From assembly GCA_965202585.1 (NCBI GenBank), contig OZ241832.1, forward strand, positions 49,972,001-50,036,000: DNA of 64,000 bases, read 5' to 3'. Origin of the DNA: Thalia democratica. Lineage: Eukaryota. The notes below the pieces were generated by a model. It made no database searches and was not told the origin of the DNA. It saw nothing but the letters and a program-made list of their open reading frames with translations. Position numbers and translations under genes: made by a program. Positions 12,390 to 25,400 of this stretch are shown piece by piece. The first letter of the stretch is position 1; each line of letters opens with the position of its first letter.

Positions 12390-14542
12390 GGGTGGGTGTC
12401 AGAATGGCACAGCGATACTTTAGCACGGTGGGTAACGTTTACACGGCGTCATTTTAGTACGGTGCGTCACTTTTACACGGCGTCATTTTAGCACGGTGCG
12501 TCACTTTAGCACAGTGGGTCACTTTTTCACGGTGTATTACTTTAGCACAGTGTCACTTTGTCACGGTGGGTCAATTTTGAACGGAGCGTTATTTTTGCAT
12601 GAAATAAAGCTTTTCAATAGGAGGTTCTATGAAACTTTTTATTCAACTGCTAAAAACTATATGTTAAATATCTAAAATTGTAGGAATTTTAATCTTGAAG
12701 TAAGATTTTTTTAATTTGTCCATTAGTTTTTTAAGAAAAACTTAACTTTATACTTTTTAGTAGTAATAGTTTTAACTTTTTAACACTATTTAGTATCAAA
12801 CTAAAAATATTAAAGTGTGTTGCTTAGTAGTTATATACATTCTAAATAAGTAATAGGATAGAACAAATAATATAACAACTAATAAATACGATAATATTTT
12901 TGTTTTAATTAAATGAAAGCTAAGATAGTTCAAAACTTTGTAAAGAAAACTCAGAAATCAAAGTAGTAAAACTGTTTAAAAACAAATCAAAATATGTTTT
13001 TAAAAACTGTTTTAGTGTATTCTTATTTACTGATTTTGTAATTAATGTTTAATATTTTTTAATTATTTATATCATATGGTAATATAATACTTTAAAAATT
13101 CTAAAATGTTAATTTATTTAGGCTAGAAAGTTTAGTAAAACTAAGAAAAGCTTTTAAGTATTAACCCTATTTAATTTTATTGATCCCTATAATTTAATTA
13201 AGTTGACCAAAAAACTTGAAAACTTTATACTGTATTTTTTGAAACAACTTTATTTTTTCAAGTATTGAGTTTAATTTCATACAACATAAATTTGTTTTAG
13301 ATTAGATGTAGTCTGTGTTTTTCAACGTGACAATAAATTTTTAAACTTTTATTTTTAAGTAAGTTCTTAAAAAAACGTGTTGATTTATAGAAATTTTGCA
13401 CTATAATTGTTCTTACTTTTTATTAATAAAAAAACCGTTAAAAAAAAAAAAGTTATAAAATATGTAATTTAGAATGTTTTCTAACACAGCATTTGTATTT
13501 TTTAAGACGTTTCAATTCTAAAAACTCTGTAATTGTTGATAACAATTCTTGCAGCAAGTAATTAATTATTTAACGTTTATTTTTCATTGCATATTCTTAA
13601 ATGACATCTATGATTTTAGTTTTACTATTTATGCAAAATTTTCGTTATAAGCCTTTTATCCAATATATAAACATGAAAAGCGGTGAAACGTAAAAAATAA
13701 GGAGTTTTAGAATTCTTTATGTGTGTATAAATGTTATCTATGAACTTGAATTTTAAAGTTTTTAAAACTAATGTGTTAAGCAACTGTAATTTTAAAACAT
13801 AAAAATAAGTTTTTTGTTTTAATATTTAACATCAAAACGCAAAACAAAACAATTAAAGATTTGATTTCAGAAGTAAATTTAACTTTCTTTTTATGTTTGT
13901 AATATTTTTACTTTATGAAATTGAACTTGAGTTACTCATAAATTGTTTTAATACCTATGCCAGTATAACTCACTACATGTTTATAAAAATATTTTTAAAT
14001 ATGTAGTGTTAGCTTAATATTTATAATTATATTTGTTTTTTTAAATTTAGCTATATATACTTTTAGAAAGTTGTCAAAAAAATACATAGTATTACATCGA
14101 AATTAAAAAAAAAATTCCAAAATAAAGTTATAAATAAAATTTAAGTGTTTTACGATTCTAATGCCATTCATTACTTTTAATTTTAAATTTAGTTTTTAAA
14201 AACGTGTTTTACATACTACAGAGGTCTTAATAATTATAGTATAAAATGTATTATCGAAAAATTTTCAAATGGAGGTTTAAAAAGATTTAGCTTGTGCAAA
14301 ACAACGCTCATTCCGAAAAAAAAAAGATAAAAAAGACTCTTCAAACAAAAACAAAGTAGAAAAAACTGCAAAAATGACGCTCGGTAAAAAACTGACGCCC
14401 CATGTAAAAGTGACCCGTAGTGCTAATGTGACGAACCGTGCTAGAATGACGCCCGGCTAAAGTGATGTCGTACAAAAGTGACGCACCGTGCAAAAGTGAC
14501 TCACCATGCCAAAGTGACGCCATGCTATTCTGACCCGCTCCC
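12390..14542. mobile_element. ~2.15-kb foldback/MULE-like non-autonomous element with ~200-bp TIRs made of tandem subrepeats
   Basis: Left arm GGGTGGGTGTCAGAATGGCAC...(TCACTTTAGCACGGTG)n matches the reverse complement of the right arm 14350-14542 (GGGAGCGGGTCAGAATAGCATGG...). The interior is AT-rich with no ORF. The 9-bp flanks match only 6/9. Confidence 0.75.
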
Positions 14543-16628
14543 ATTTTAATAGGGTCAGCCTATTTTAAGTCGATGATTAGTTTTCTTAAAAAAGCTCGTG
14601 TTCTCGCAAGCCGCAGTTTATAGATAAAAGTCTTCCATGGGCCGCAGTTCTTAAAGCAATTTTAATAGCCAATATGAAAAACTTTAATGTATCAAAGTAT
14701 GATAAAATAAGTAACAATAGAGCACTAGTAACAATTAACTAACAAGTTCAGAGCAAAATTGTAGATTTTTTACTACAACCAAAAAAGATTATATTTAATA
14801 AGTATGACTTTTGTTATAATACCTGGCTTGCCGCAATTTCCTAACTTTTAGTTAGGGAGTATCCAGCAGAATAACAAATAAATTGGCTATGAAAAGTGTT
14901 TGATCTTCAAGTACAATAGTATTTTTTTTTGACGAAAAGATAAAACCAGCTGATTCCAAATGTGATATTTAAATAAACGACTCTTAAAAACTTATATTAT
15001 TCTGAAAAATGTTTTTCAGGGCCCAGATCCGGGCTAGTCATTTTCACTTCAAGGATCTTTCTCGCAGGTCGTATGTAGCCCATACCAAGTTTATTTCCTC
15101 GTCTTTTGTTTCATAGTAAAATATAAATTGTAGAACTTTTTATAGTTTAAAAAACATTGTAAGTAAAATAGCCAAGTTTTAGCCATTGGAACAGTGTTTC
15201 TTTTCTGGAACATTTTAATTATTTATGTTTTGCTGATTCTAAAATCTTGAAAACTATCTAAATCTAGCTTTGTACTAGTTTAGTTTATAAAATGTTTAGA
15301 TGTTCAAATATATTTAAGCTTAATGTATTTCCTTTTTTTAATTTTCAAAATAAGCTTTTTTTTTGTGAAATTTATTAATTTTTGTACACTATTTAAATTG
15401 TTGCATTACTTAAACCTTTCTATTTGATCTACTAGCTACCTTAGTTAATTTATTTTTTTTATAATAAAATTTTAATACTTGATATAATGAAATGATATTA
15501 AACAAATACTTTAAGTTTAGAACATGAAAGAATTGAAAATGCAAAATTTTATATATCTCTATTAAAAGTTGTTATAGAAGTTGAACCAATCTTATAGTAA
15601 TCTAACATAAGGATACCTCAGTACAAAAGCCTGCCCTTGTCTAATATTATTAAAGAAGAAACTGATAGTATTCCAGTATACATATAAATAATCTAACATA
15701 TATATGTACAATTATTATAGCAAGATAAATCGCCTAAAGTTTAACACTTTTATAAATTTATAAAGTTTATAGTGTAACATATTAATAAACTACTAAAAAG
15801 TAAACAAGTAGCTAATTTATTTTATATATATATATATTAATATGAATTTAAACTACTCTAGAGTTTGCGTACAACAGTTAATTGGCATGGCACTCTAAAA
15901 AATAGAAATAAAAGACTTCTGTTGTTACTAAGTACTTAAAAGTAGACATTAAAACCATCAAAAAATACACAAATTAAGTCTGTTTATTTTAAGTAAACAT
16001 ACCTCCGTCTTTTGAGGCAAACTTATTTGTTTCTACAAACCTGAAAATATTTTATCTAAAAGAATAACGTTTCTGATAAAAAACTTTGAGTTTTATTACA
16101 AAACTTTAAATGTCAGTAAAGTAAATAATTTAAATTATATTTTTATTTCAAATTATTGGCTTCGACTGCGTAAGTTGTCAGGCTTTTTTTTTTGTATTTT
16201 ATTAAATTTATTTTAGATTCATTATGTTCTAGAGTAAATAAGTATTTTGACAACAATCAAACCTTTATTCATAGAATATTTTTTTCGATAAAAAAACTAA
16301 TTCTTTTTGCTTTATTATTTACCGCCATAATAACTTGATTAATAAAAACCTAGTAAAAACGTTATCAGTTTAGTACATGTTTTAAATAAGAAAACTTTTT
16401 AAAATTTATTTGTTAGAAAATTAACTAGCTACAATACTACAATTTACATGAGTTTATTTAATTCTGAAACTATACACTTATCAACCCAAAATACTAGAAA
16501 GTACCTTAAAAAGATAATCAATCTCCTATGTTTATAAAAAAACATTTTAAAGCATATTACAAAAAAAAACAAGAGTTAGAGCATCAATTAGCATAGCTTC
16601 AAAAGTACTGATGACTAAAACGTTTTAT

Positions 16629-19600
16629 CTAGTTTTTGGGAGTATAGTTGTCGGCACATGAGAATCGTTTGCAGCTAAAAAACTTTTCTATGGTCGCTTC
16701 ATCTACGTTCTCTCTATTCTTTTGATGATTTGCTACAAATGCTTGAAGTACTTCAATCAGACGTTTCTTGAGTTCTCCCGATAAAAGTTCTCCTTTAGCA
16801 TATGCCTAAAATTAATATGAAGATAGATTTATAAATTTTATAAAAAAAAATTAACTAATGACATTACTTTGAAATTATCTACCATGTTTAAAAGTATACA
16901 TCGTTACTAACAGCTTTAATTTTTTCATATTCTTCATCATCGTCTAAGAAGAAATTAAGATATTTAATGCACACATCAACTTCAATATTTCCTCCAAGTT
17001 TTCGGTGCAATTCAACTGTATCTTGGCCTCCACTGAATGCGTACTTATTAATCTGTATAAAATTTTTTAAAATCATGTAAATCACTTATATATCAAAGTA
17101 AATAACTAAGAATACTTTTAAATAAGATCCAGTTAGAATATTACGTTAAACTAAAATAAAATGAAAAATAATTTTTTTGAAGTAATACCTTGGTTTTTAT
17201 TTGTTGGGGAGTATCAGTGAGAAATATTCCGCTGTTTTCATCTGAAGCACTCATTTTAGAGACGGCTCCTTGCAATGCCGGAAAAAATACGGAGTGAATC
17301 AACGCAGGCTTTTTGAATCCTAACGTTGGTGCATAATGCCTTGTCAAGCGGAAGTATGGATCCTAAAATAATTGAAAATAACTAATTAAGTAAAGTTTAG
17401 TTTAGAAACTTTGATGTTATGTTAGTTTGTTCTTCGATGATAGTGCTATAGATAAGCTACTATCATATGCATACACATATACTTTGCTAGATGCATTGAG
17501 CTTTTAAGTAAAATGATTTAATGAAACTAATAAAATTAATAAGTTCTAATTTTTAAAAGGTCTTAATTATAAATAATATTACATTTTTGCCCTTTTTAAA
17601 ATAGTTGATAAGACCTAGATAAGTATTTGTAGAAGCAATAACAAATAAAAATTATTTTTGATACTAAATATGTAAAATTAAAATAGACTCAGTTTTCATT
17701 AAGTAAAATTTTTTTAATTAATAGTTTTATAGCGTTAAACTTGTGTAAACATATTTTAAAACTCATCATAAACCGACTGTTTGAGCAATTGAATATAATT
17801 AAAAACTATCAGTTTTTAATATTACCAAATTAAACTTATATAAATAACAAAATGTTTGGACATTACCTGATCAATAGCGCATGGAATGAGGCATTCCACG
17901 TCTCTACATCCGTTAAAAATGTGTGGAAAACTGGAAGAAAATGAAGGGCAAGCTTGCACTGGTGGAAAACTTACTTGTCCTAGAATAAAATTTATTTATT
18001 TTTAATTAGTGATAAGTATTTTCAAAAATAAAAAAAATAAATATATGTAAAACTATACTTTTATATGTATTGTTCTATAATAAGAGTTTAAACTTTTTAA
18101 TTCAACTACTTAAAAATACGTTGTTTATCTGTTTTAGATTGAATTAAAACTTTTAACTAACCAATATTATTATCTCCCTCGAAGCCGAAGCAGCCTTTTA
18201 CTTGATTTAATGTGACAGCCTTTTTAAACTTGATAATATTCTTAAAGAATTCTTTTCTGTAAGCATGAATTATTTTTATTTAAACTTAAATGTTTATGCT
18301 TACTATTAATTTTTATTTTAATTTAAAATTGTTTTTATAAGCGTTTCAAACATGTTTTAATAAATAGATTTCACTATTTATAAACATTTCCTTTTCAAAT
18401 GCAAAAATTAAATAGTTACTTACCCATGTCCCTCAGTTATATATTCAACATCAGTAAAAATAAAAGTTTTGTCCGGGTCAAATCCGCACGCGATAATATC
18501 TTTGGCGTTTGCGTAAGCTAAATCGGTGTAATCATCAAGGTTCTTGCCGTCTTTGAAGAAAAACTTTTTATCATCAGTCATCTGGATGACTAAAGGCACA
18601 TCAAACACTTTCTGAAGCCATCTGGTATAAAGATAACTAGTAAAAACTTGTTCCGAAACTTGCAGTTTTAGTGTGTTAAGTGTAAAGTTTAGTAGTAACA
18701 TAAAAGGCTGAGTATAATTAAAAGAAAACAACTTAATAAAAAGCTTAAACTATAAAAAGTACGTTTTGAAAATATTATTTCTAAACATTAAAAAACACAT
18801 TTAATAATTGTGTATTAATTAGTGTGCAACTAACTGAGTGAACATGAAATGAACCATATGACCAAGATGCATGGCAGTAGATGAAGGTCCACGTCCAGTG
18901 TACAAATAAAAAGGCTTCCCAGCTATGTAGTTCGTTAACACTTGATCCAGTTCTCTTAATGAAAAATTATGATAAATCAATAAGCTTTTTAAAAAATGTT
19001 AAAACTTGCAAACAGAGACACTTATTAGATATTTGTTTTAGTAATATTAGCAATGCAACACAAATTTTCCGTAGATAACTCAATACTTTTATGGTAAGTT
19101 ATGATCAACTACAATTACAGAAAATAGATACATTATTTTTAGAATAATAAAAAAAATATGTTTTTAAAATTTCTATCCTATAATTTTTATACTGATGTTT
19201 TTAAATTATTTTATGTTTGTTAACTAATAATAAAAACTTATGAGAAAAAAATATTTTTCTTCTAAGAAAGGTATGCATTTTCATAATCTTTTTGTCAAGA
19301 ACTTCTTGAAATTTTTGTAACACATCTTCACTAATTCTTTCTGATCCAAACTTAACTGAAAATTATACTTTTTATTTTTATTCATGCTTATAACTATTAA
19401 GGTTTATTAAAAGTTAAGTCCGGTAGATCATTTTTCTAAAGTTTTTAACTTAAGACGTTCCTCTAATATAAGACCTAATTAATGATGATAAAACAGCAAA
19501 ATATCTGGTTAACGAGTAGTAGTTAGACAAAAAGTTTAATGATATCTAGTAAAGTGATTAAATTGTTTTAACTGTTTAGTTTAAAAAGATTTTTCATTAA

Positions 19601-19814
19601 AAATAACTTTATGAAGACTACCAAAATTCTTAAAAAAAAAATTAAAAGAAAAATCAAGATCAAACTTATATAAATGGTTCAGCTTACCAATGAGTTTTTC
19701 ATAATCAATTCCTTTATTGCTTGATGCCTTTACAGACCACGGATCTACAACATCTTCAGTTTCTGAGTTATTCATTGAAGTGTTTTCCATTTTACGATTA
19801 ATTTCTTCTGCCAT
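16629..19814 (-). CDS. WARS1: Cytoplasmic tryptophanyl-tRNA synthetase, copy 1 (420 aa; open frame with motif substitutions). Exons 19814-19688, 19355-19238, 18954-18835, 18621-18424, 18256-18162, 17979-17867, 17362-17189, 17052-16912, 16805-16629
   Basis: The nine GT-AG exons sum to 1263 nt. Eukaryotic TrpRS signatures are present: [26 protein letters not shown] (HIGH), AIDQDPYFR, KMSAS, YAFSGG, GELKK. No N-terminal WHEP domain. Carries [12 protein letters not shown] and QMTDDKK where sister copies have [12 protein letters not shown] and QMTDDEK. Confidence 0.93.
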
Positions 19815-20427
19815 TTTAGCTTTTATGTAATAATTTTCTGAAAATTTTTAGTGAATAGGATTTAGTATAGAACAAATTTAAATTGTAACTAAGTTTTTAA
19901 GATCCATTCTTTAAAATACCTAATTTATTTTTTTCTGTAAAATTTTTTAACATGAAAAATAATATTAATAATTTCTTTTTAATTTAAATTATAATTGACG
20001 TAATTGACAAGCAAAAAATATGTATGTACCCTAAAAGTTAAAGAAATATTAAAATTTTAAAATAGTTTTAAATATAAGATGTTGCAAAAGTCTTTTTTAA
20101 AGAGGTTTGAAAATATTAAATTTTTAACTTAACATATTATAGACTTATAAAAATGATACTTAAATTTCTCATAACCACTTGTTTAGAACCTAAACTGTAC
20201 TTAAAGTTTTTTTAAAACTTTATTTATCCTGAATTTTATCCTAAGCTGTTACTCGTTGCTCTATTACCTACAAATGATATTAAGAATGCTTGCGTGTAAA
20301 ATAAAAAGTTGTAATTTTCTAATTAAATCCAAGAATCGCTTCATTAAAACTATTTAACAGGATTATGTAATTTGATAACTTTTTATATTACTTATTTTTT
20401 CATTGTTAAAGTAAAAGACTAACTTAC

Positions 20428-20628
20428 TTCAGCGTGAGGTTTTTAAATCAATATGTGTCAGAAACTAAGTTAAATAATTTCATACAAGCTATAATACTAA
20501 ATAACATATTTATAAACCACAAGGACTTTTGAGTTAATAAAACAGAGTCATTGAAATCAGCTAAGACTCTAAAATTTTCTCGGTGTACCCTTAATTTTGC
20601 ACAGAAGTTTAAACATATACAAGTTTGC
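20428..20628 (-). other. Candidate non-coding 5'-UTR exon upstream of each TrpRS copy (equivalents near 26.2-26.4, 32.0-32.2, 37.8-38.0 kb and 43617-43818; diverged extra copy 44705-44904)
   Basis: ATATTACAG|G acceptor and GCTGAA|GTAAGT donor. A matching acceptor TTTTCAG| lies 23 nt upstream of the TrpRS ATG (19838-19840). Splice signals persist in the diverged sixth copy. Confidence 0.5.
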
Positions 20629-21528
20629 CTGTAATATATTAAAGGATATGCAAGATATGAAGTATTATAGTCATTTACTTTAAAAATGAAAAACATAGTG
20701 AGATATAAAAAAGGAATCATATTGCTTTATCCATTTAAGAGGTTTAAATGAACCGTTTCTATAAACTAATTAGAAATTTACCTCAAAAATATTTTGGAGA
20801 CGCAACTTTATTTTATAAAGAAAAAAAGATACAACAACATGATAATTTTTTTAGTTGCCAAAAAAGTAAAATATACAAATCCTATTAACATTTGTTAAAG
20901 GTCATTTATGATACAATTAAATAGATAATCTATTACATCTAATTGAAGACTGAAAAACATACAAAGAAAAAAAAAACATTTAAATAATGATATAGTCTTT
21001 GTAAACTATACCTCTCTACTAAAAATTCCATAAATGTTTCCCATAAAACATATGTCATAAACTTTCAACATAATATTTAAATAAAGATGTTTAGAAAAAA
21101 ATCCTAGTTAGGCCTGAGCTATGCAAATAAGTTTTCACTGAACTGAGGAAAACCTTACTTAAATGAAATGAAACAAACTTCCTACAAATATATTTACTTT
21201 TTATATTCTCGTAGGAGAAAAGCCAAAATGTTATTTGAACTGAAATGTGTTCTCAAGCAAACACAAAAAACTAAACACATAATGAATAATTATCATTTTA
21301 TCCAAAAATCTGAAATTAAACGCCTTAATTATGTACTTATTTATTCATAGTTTAAAAAAATAGTTTATCATAAATTTTATACTGTGGGCAAAACTCTAAA
21401 TGAAAGTTGAGGAGGCTTTTATAAGTGCTAAAAAAGCACAGTATTATCCACTCAAGCGTTAAATCATTAATTAGTTTTACATTTCATTTAACTATTGACA
21501 AAAAATTGAGTACAATTCAAAAAGTTTG

Positions 21529-21684
21529 AAGTGGTTTACCGGATCCAAAATATCGAAAACAGCCGAATCAGAGTCTCATTTTGAAATTAGAATTCGGCAG
21601 AATCAGAATTCGAGTTTTAATTTGAAATTTAGGATTTGGCAGAATCCGAATCCGAGTCCAAGTTTTTGATTCTGTAGATCACTA
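21529..21684. mobile_element. ~150-bp MITE-like element in every inter-gene spacer of the array (also 27312-27460, 33123-33271, 38933-39081)
   Basis: Imperfect inverted termini AAGTGGTTTACCGGATC / GATTCTGTAGATCACTA with internal GAATCCGAAT/GGATTCGGC subrepeats. No TSD seen. Confidence 0.55.
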
Positions 21685-22447
21685 CTTAACATATTGCAGA
21701 CTTATAACATTGATATTTAAATTAATCATAATCGCTAGTTTAGAATCTGAACTATACTTAAAGTCTTTTATATTTTATTTTTTCTGAATAAGTTATTTAT
21801 CCTAAGCTCTTACTTCTTGTCCTGTAACCTACAGATGACGATATTGAATGCTAGCTTAAAATAAAAACTTAAACAGAATAAGTAAATAAATAAAAAACTA
21901 AGTATAGTGTCGGTTCTAAACTAGCGATTATGATGAATTAAAGTAAAAATGTTATAGGTTCACAATTGTTAAATTGAATAATCAAATGTTTTAAACATGT
22001 CTCTTAATTACAGATTAGATACATACATAAAACCTTTATACCTTCATTGATATCACTACATATAATTTTGTAAAAAACTGTTTCAAATTTTACAAGTTTA
22101 GAAACTAAAAATAAAAAACTTTTGCAACTTCTCAAAACGACCTATTGTAAACCTTTTAGTAATCGGTTTGTACACTGTTTGGATACAGTTTAACGTCTTG
22201 TCCAGGACTAAGTGGCACAAAATGAATAAATAATAACCAAAGGTGTAAGAAACTACAGACTTACAAAATGATACATAATTATAAATTTATTAATTTTTTT
22301 TTTTTTTTAAATTAAGTTTATTATAAAGTTATACACTACACGAAACTAAAAAAAATGAAAAAACCCAACGAATATTACAAAAAAAAAACAAGAATTGGAG
22401 CATCAAGTAGCATAGCTTCAAAAGTACTGATGACTAAAACGTTTTAT

Positions 22448-25400
22448 CTAGTTTTTGGGAATATAGTTGTCGGCACATGAGAATCGTTTGCAGCTAAAAA
22501 ACTTTTCTATGGTCGCTTCATCTACGTTCTCTCTATTCTTTTGATGATTTGCTACAAATGCTTGAAGTACTTCAATCAGACGTTTCTTGAGTTCTCCCGA
22601 TAAAAGTTCTCCTTTAGCATATGCCTAAAATTAGTATGAAGATACAATTATCAAATTTAAATAAAAGTCACTTTAAAATTAAATAGCAAGTTTAAAAATA
22701 TACAACGTTACTGACAGCTTTAATTTTTTCATATTCTTCATCATCGTCTAAGAAGAAATTAAGATATTTAATGCACACATCAACTGCAATATTTCCTCCA
22801 AGTTTTCGGTGCAATTCAACTGTATCTTGGCCTCCACTGAATGCGTACTTATTAATCTGTGTAAAGTTTTTAAAATTCATGTAAATCACTTATACATCAA
22901 AGTAAATAACTAAAAATACTTTTAAATAAGATCCAGTTAGAATATCACGTTAAACTAAAATAAAATGAAAAATAATTTTTTTGAAAAAATACCTTAGTTT
23001 TTATTTGTTGGGGCGTATCAGTGAGAAATATTCCGCTGTTTTCATCTGAAGCACTCATCTTAGAGACGGCTCCTTGCAATGCCGGAAAAAACACGGAGTG
23101 AATCAACGCAGGCTTTTTGAATCCTAACGTTGGTGCATAATGCCTTGCCAAGCGGAAGTATGGATCCTATAATAATTGAAAATAATTAATTAAGTAAAGT
23201 TTAGTTTAGAAACTTTGATGTTATGTTAGTTTGTTCTTCGATTATAGCGCTATGGATCATATGCATACACATATACTTTGCTAGATGCATTGAGCTTTTA
23301 AGGAAAAGGATCTGATTTCACTAATAAAATAAATAAGTTTAAACTTTTAAAAGGCTTTAATTTAAAATACTATTATATTTTTGCCCTTTTTAAAATAGTT
23401 GATAAGATCTAGAAAAGTATTTGTAGAAGCAATAACAAATTAATTTTTTTATGATACTAAATATGTAAAATTAAAATCATACACAGTTTTCATTAAGTAC
23501 ACTTTTTTTCATTAATAGTTTTATAGCGTTAAACTTGGGTAAACATATTTCAAAACTCATCGTAAAACGACTGTTTAAGCAATTGAATGTAAATTAAAAC
23601 TATCAGTTTGTATTATTATTAAATTGAACTAGTATAAATAACAAAATATTTGGACATTACCTGATCGATAGCGCATGGAATGAGGCATTCCACGTCTCTA
23701 CATCCGTTAAAAATGTGTGGAAAACTGGAAGAAAATGAAGGACAAGCTTGTACTGGTGGAAAACTTACTTGTCCTAGAATAAAATTTATTTATTTTTAAT
23801 TAGTGATAAGTATATTTTCGAAAATTAAATAAACAAACATATGTAAAACTATACTTTTATATGTATTGTTCTATAATAAGAGTTTAAAATTTTTAATTCA
23901 ACTACTTAAAAATACGTTGTTTATCTGTTTTAGATTGAATTTAAATTTTTAACTAACCAATATTATTATCTCCTTCGAAGCCGAAGCAGCCTTTAACTTG
24001 ATTTAATGTGACAGCTTTTTTAAACTTGATAATATTCTTAAAGAATTCTTTTCTGTAAGCATGAATTATTTTTATTTAAACTTAAATGTTTATGCTTACT
24101 ATTAACTTTTATTTTAATTTAAAATTGTTTTTATAAGCGTTTCAAACATGTTTTAATAAATAGATTTCACTTTTTATAAACGTTTCTGTTTTAAATGCAA
24201 AAATTAAATAGCTACTTACCCATGTCCCTCAGTTATATATTCAACATCAGTAAAAATAAATGTTTTGTCCGGGTCGAATCCGCAAGCAATAATATCTTTG
24301 GCGTTTTCGTAAGCTAAATCGGTGTAATCATCAAGGTTCTTGCCGTCTTTGAAGAAAAACTTTTCATCATCAGTCATCTGGATGACTAAAGCCACATCAA
24401 ACACTTTCTGAAGCCATCTGGTATAAAAATAACTAGTAAAAACTTGTTCCGAAACTTGCAGTTTTAGTGTGTTAAGTGTAAAATTTAGTAGTAACATAAA
24501 TATCTGAGTATAATTAAAAGCTTAAACTATAAAAAGTAATTTTTGAAAATATTCTTTCTAAACATTAAAAAACACATCTAATAATTGTGTATTAATAACT
24601 GTGCCACTAACTGAGTGAACATGAAAGGAACCATATGACCAAGATGCATGGCAGTAGATGAAGGTCCACGTCCAGTGTACAAATAAAAAGGCTTCCCAGC
24701 TATGTAGTTCGTCAACACTTGATCCAATTCTCTTAATGAAAAATTATGATAAATCAATAAGCTTTTTAAAAGATGTCAAAACTTGCAAACAGAGACACTT
24801 ATTAGATATTTGTTAGTAATATTAGCAATGCAAGACAGATTTTCCGTAGATAACTCAATTACTTTTATGGTAATTTATGGTAGTCCAACTACAACTACAG
24901 AAAATAGATACATTATTTTTAGAATAATTAAAAAAAAAGATGTTTTTGAAACTTCTATTTGCATTAATTTTTATACTGATGTTTTTAAATTATTTTGTTT
25001 ATGTTAACTAATAATAAAAACCTATGAGAAAAAAATATTTTTCTTCTAAGAAAGGTATGCATTTTCATATTCTTTTTGTCAAGAACTTCTTGAAATTTTT
25101 GTAACACATCTTCACTGATTCTTTCTGATCCAAACTTAACTGCAAATTATACTTGTTATTTTTATTCATGCTTATAACTATTAAGGTTTATTAAAAGTTA
25201 AGTACGGTAGATCATTTTTCTAAAGTTTTTAACTTAAGACGTTCCTATAATATAAGACCTAATTAATGATGATAAAAAAGCAAAAAATCTGGTTAACGAG
25301 TAGTAGTTAGACAAAAAGTTTAGTGATATCTAGTAAAGTGATTAAATTGTTTTAACTGTTTAGTTTAAAAAGATTTTTCATTAAAAATAACTTTATGAAG

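Noticed and set aside
15017-15110. Small GC-richer island with a possible acceptor (TTTTCAG|GG) and short open frames on both strands
   Set aside because: No partner exons or recognisable motif, and frames are under 40 codons. Left unassigned.
18881-19078. + strand ORFs [10 protein letters not shown]... repeated at 18881, 30459 and 36270 (and 24783)
   Set aside because: They are antisense to TrpRS exon 3 and intron 2. They recur only because the unit is duplicated, and they are not preserved in all copies.
20140-20330. H/ACA snoRNA in the intronic 150-bp motif
   Set aside because: ANANNA and ACA boxes occur, but these are expected by chance in AT-rich DNA. I could not find the two required hairpins.
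20448-20720. - strand ORFs ..YRQTCICLNFCAKLR.. upstream of each TrpRS as a second gene or an N-terminal extension
   Set aside because: Length and stop position vary among copies, the frame is broken in the diverged sixth copy, and splicing to the ATG exon hits TAA out of frame. Better explained as a UTR exon.
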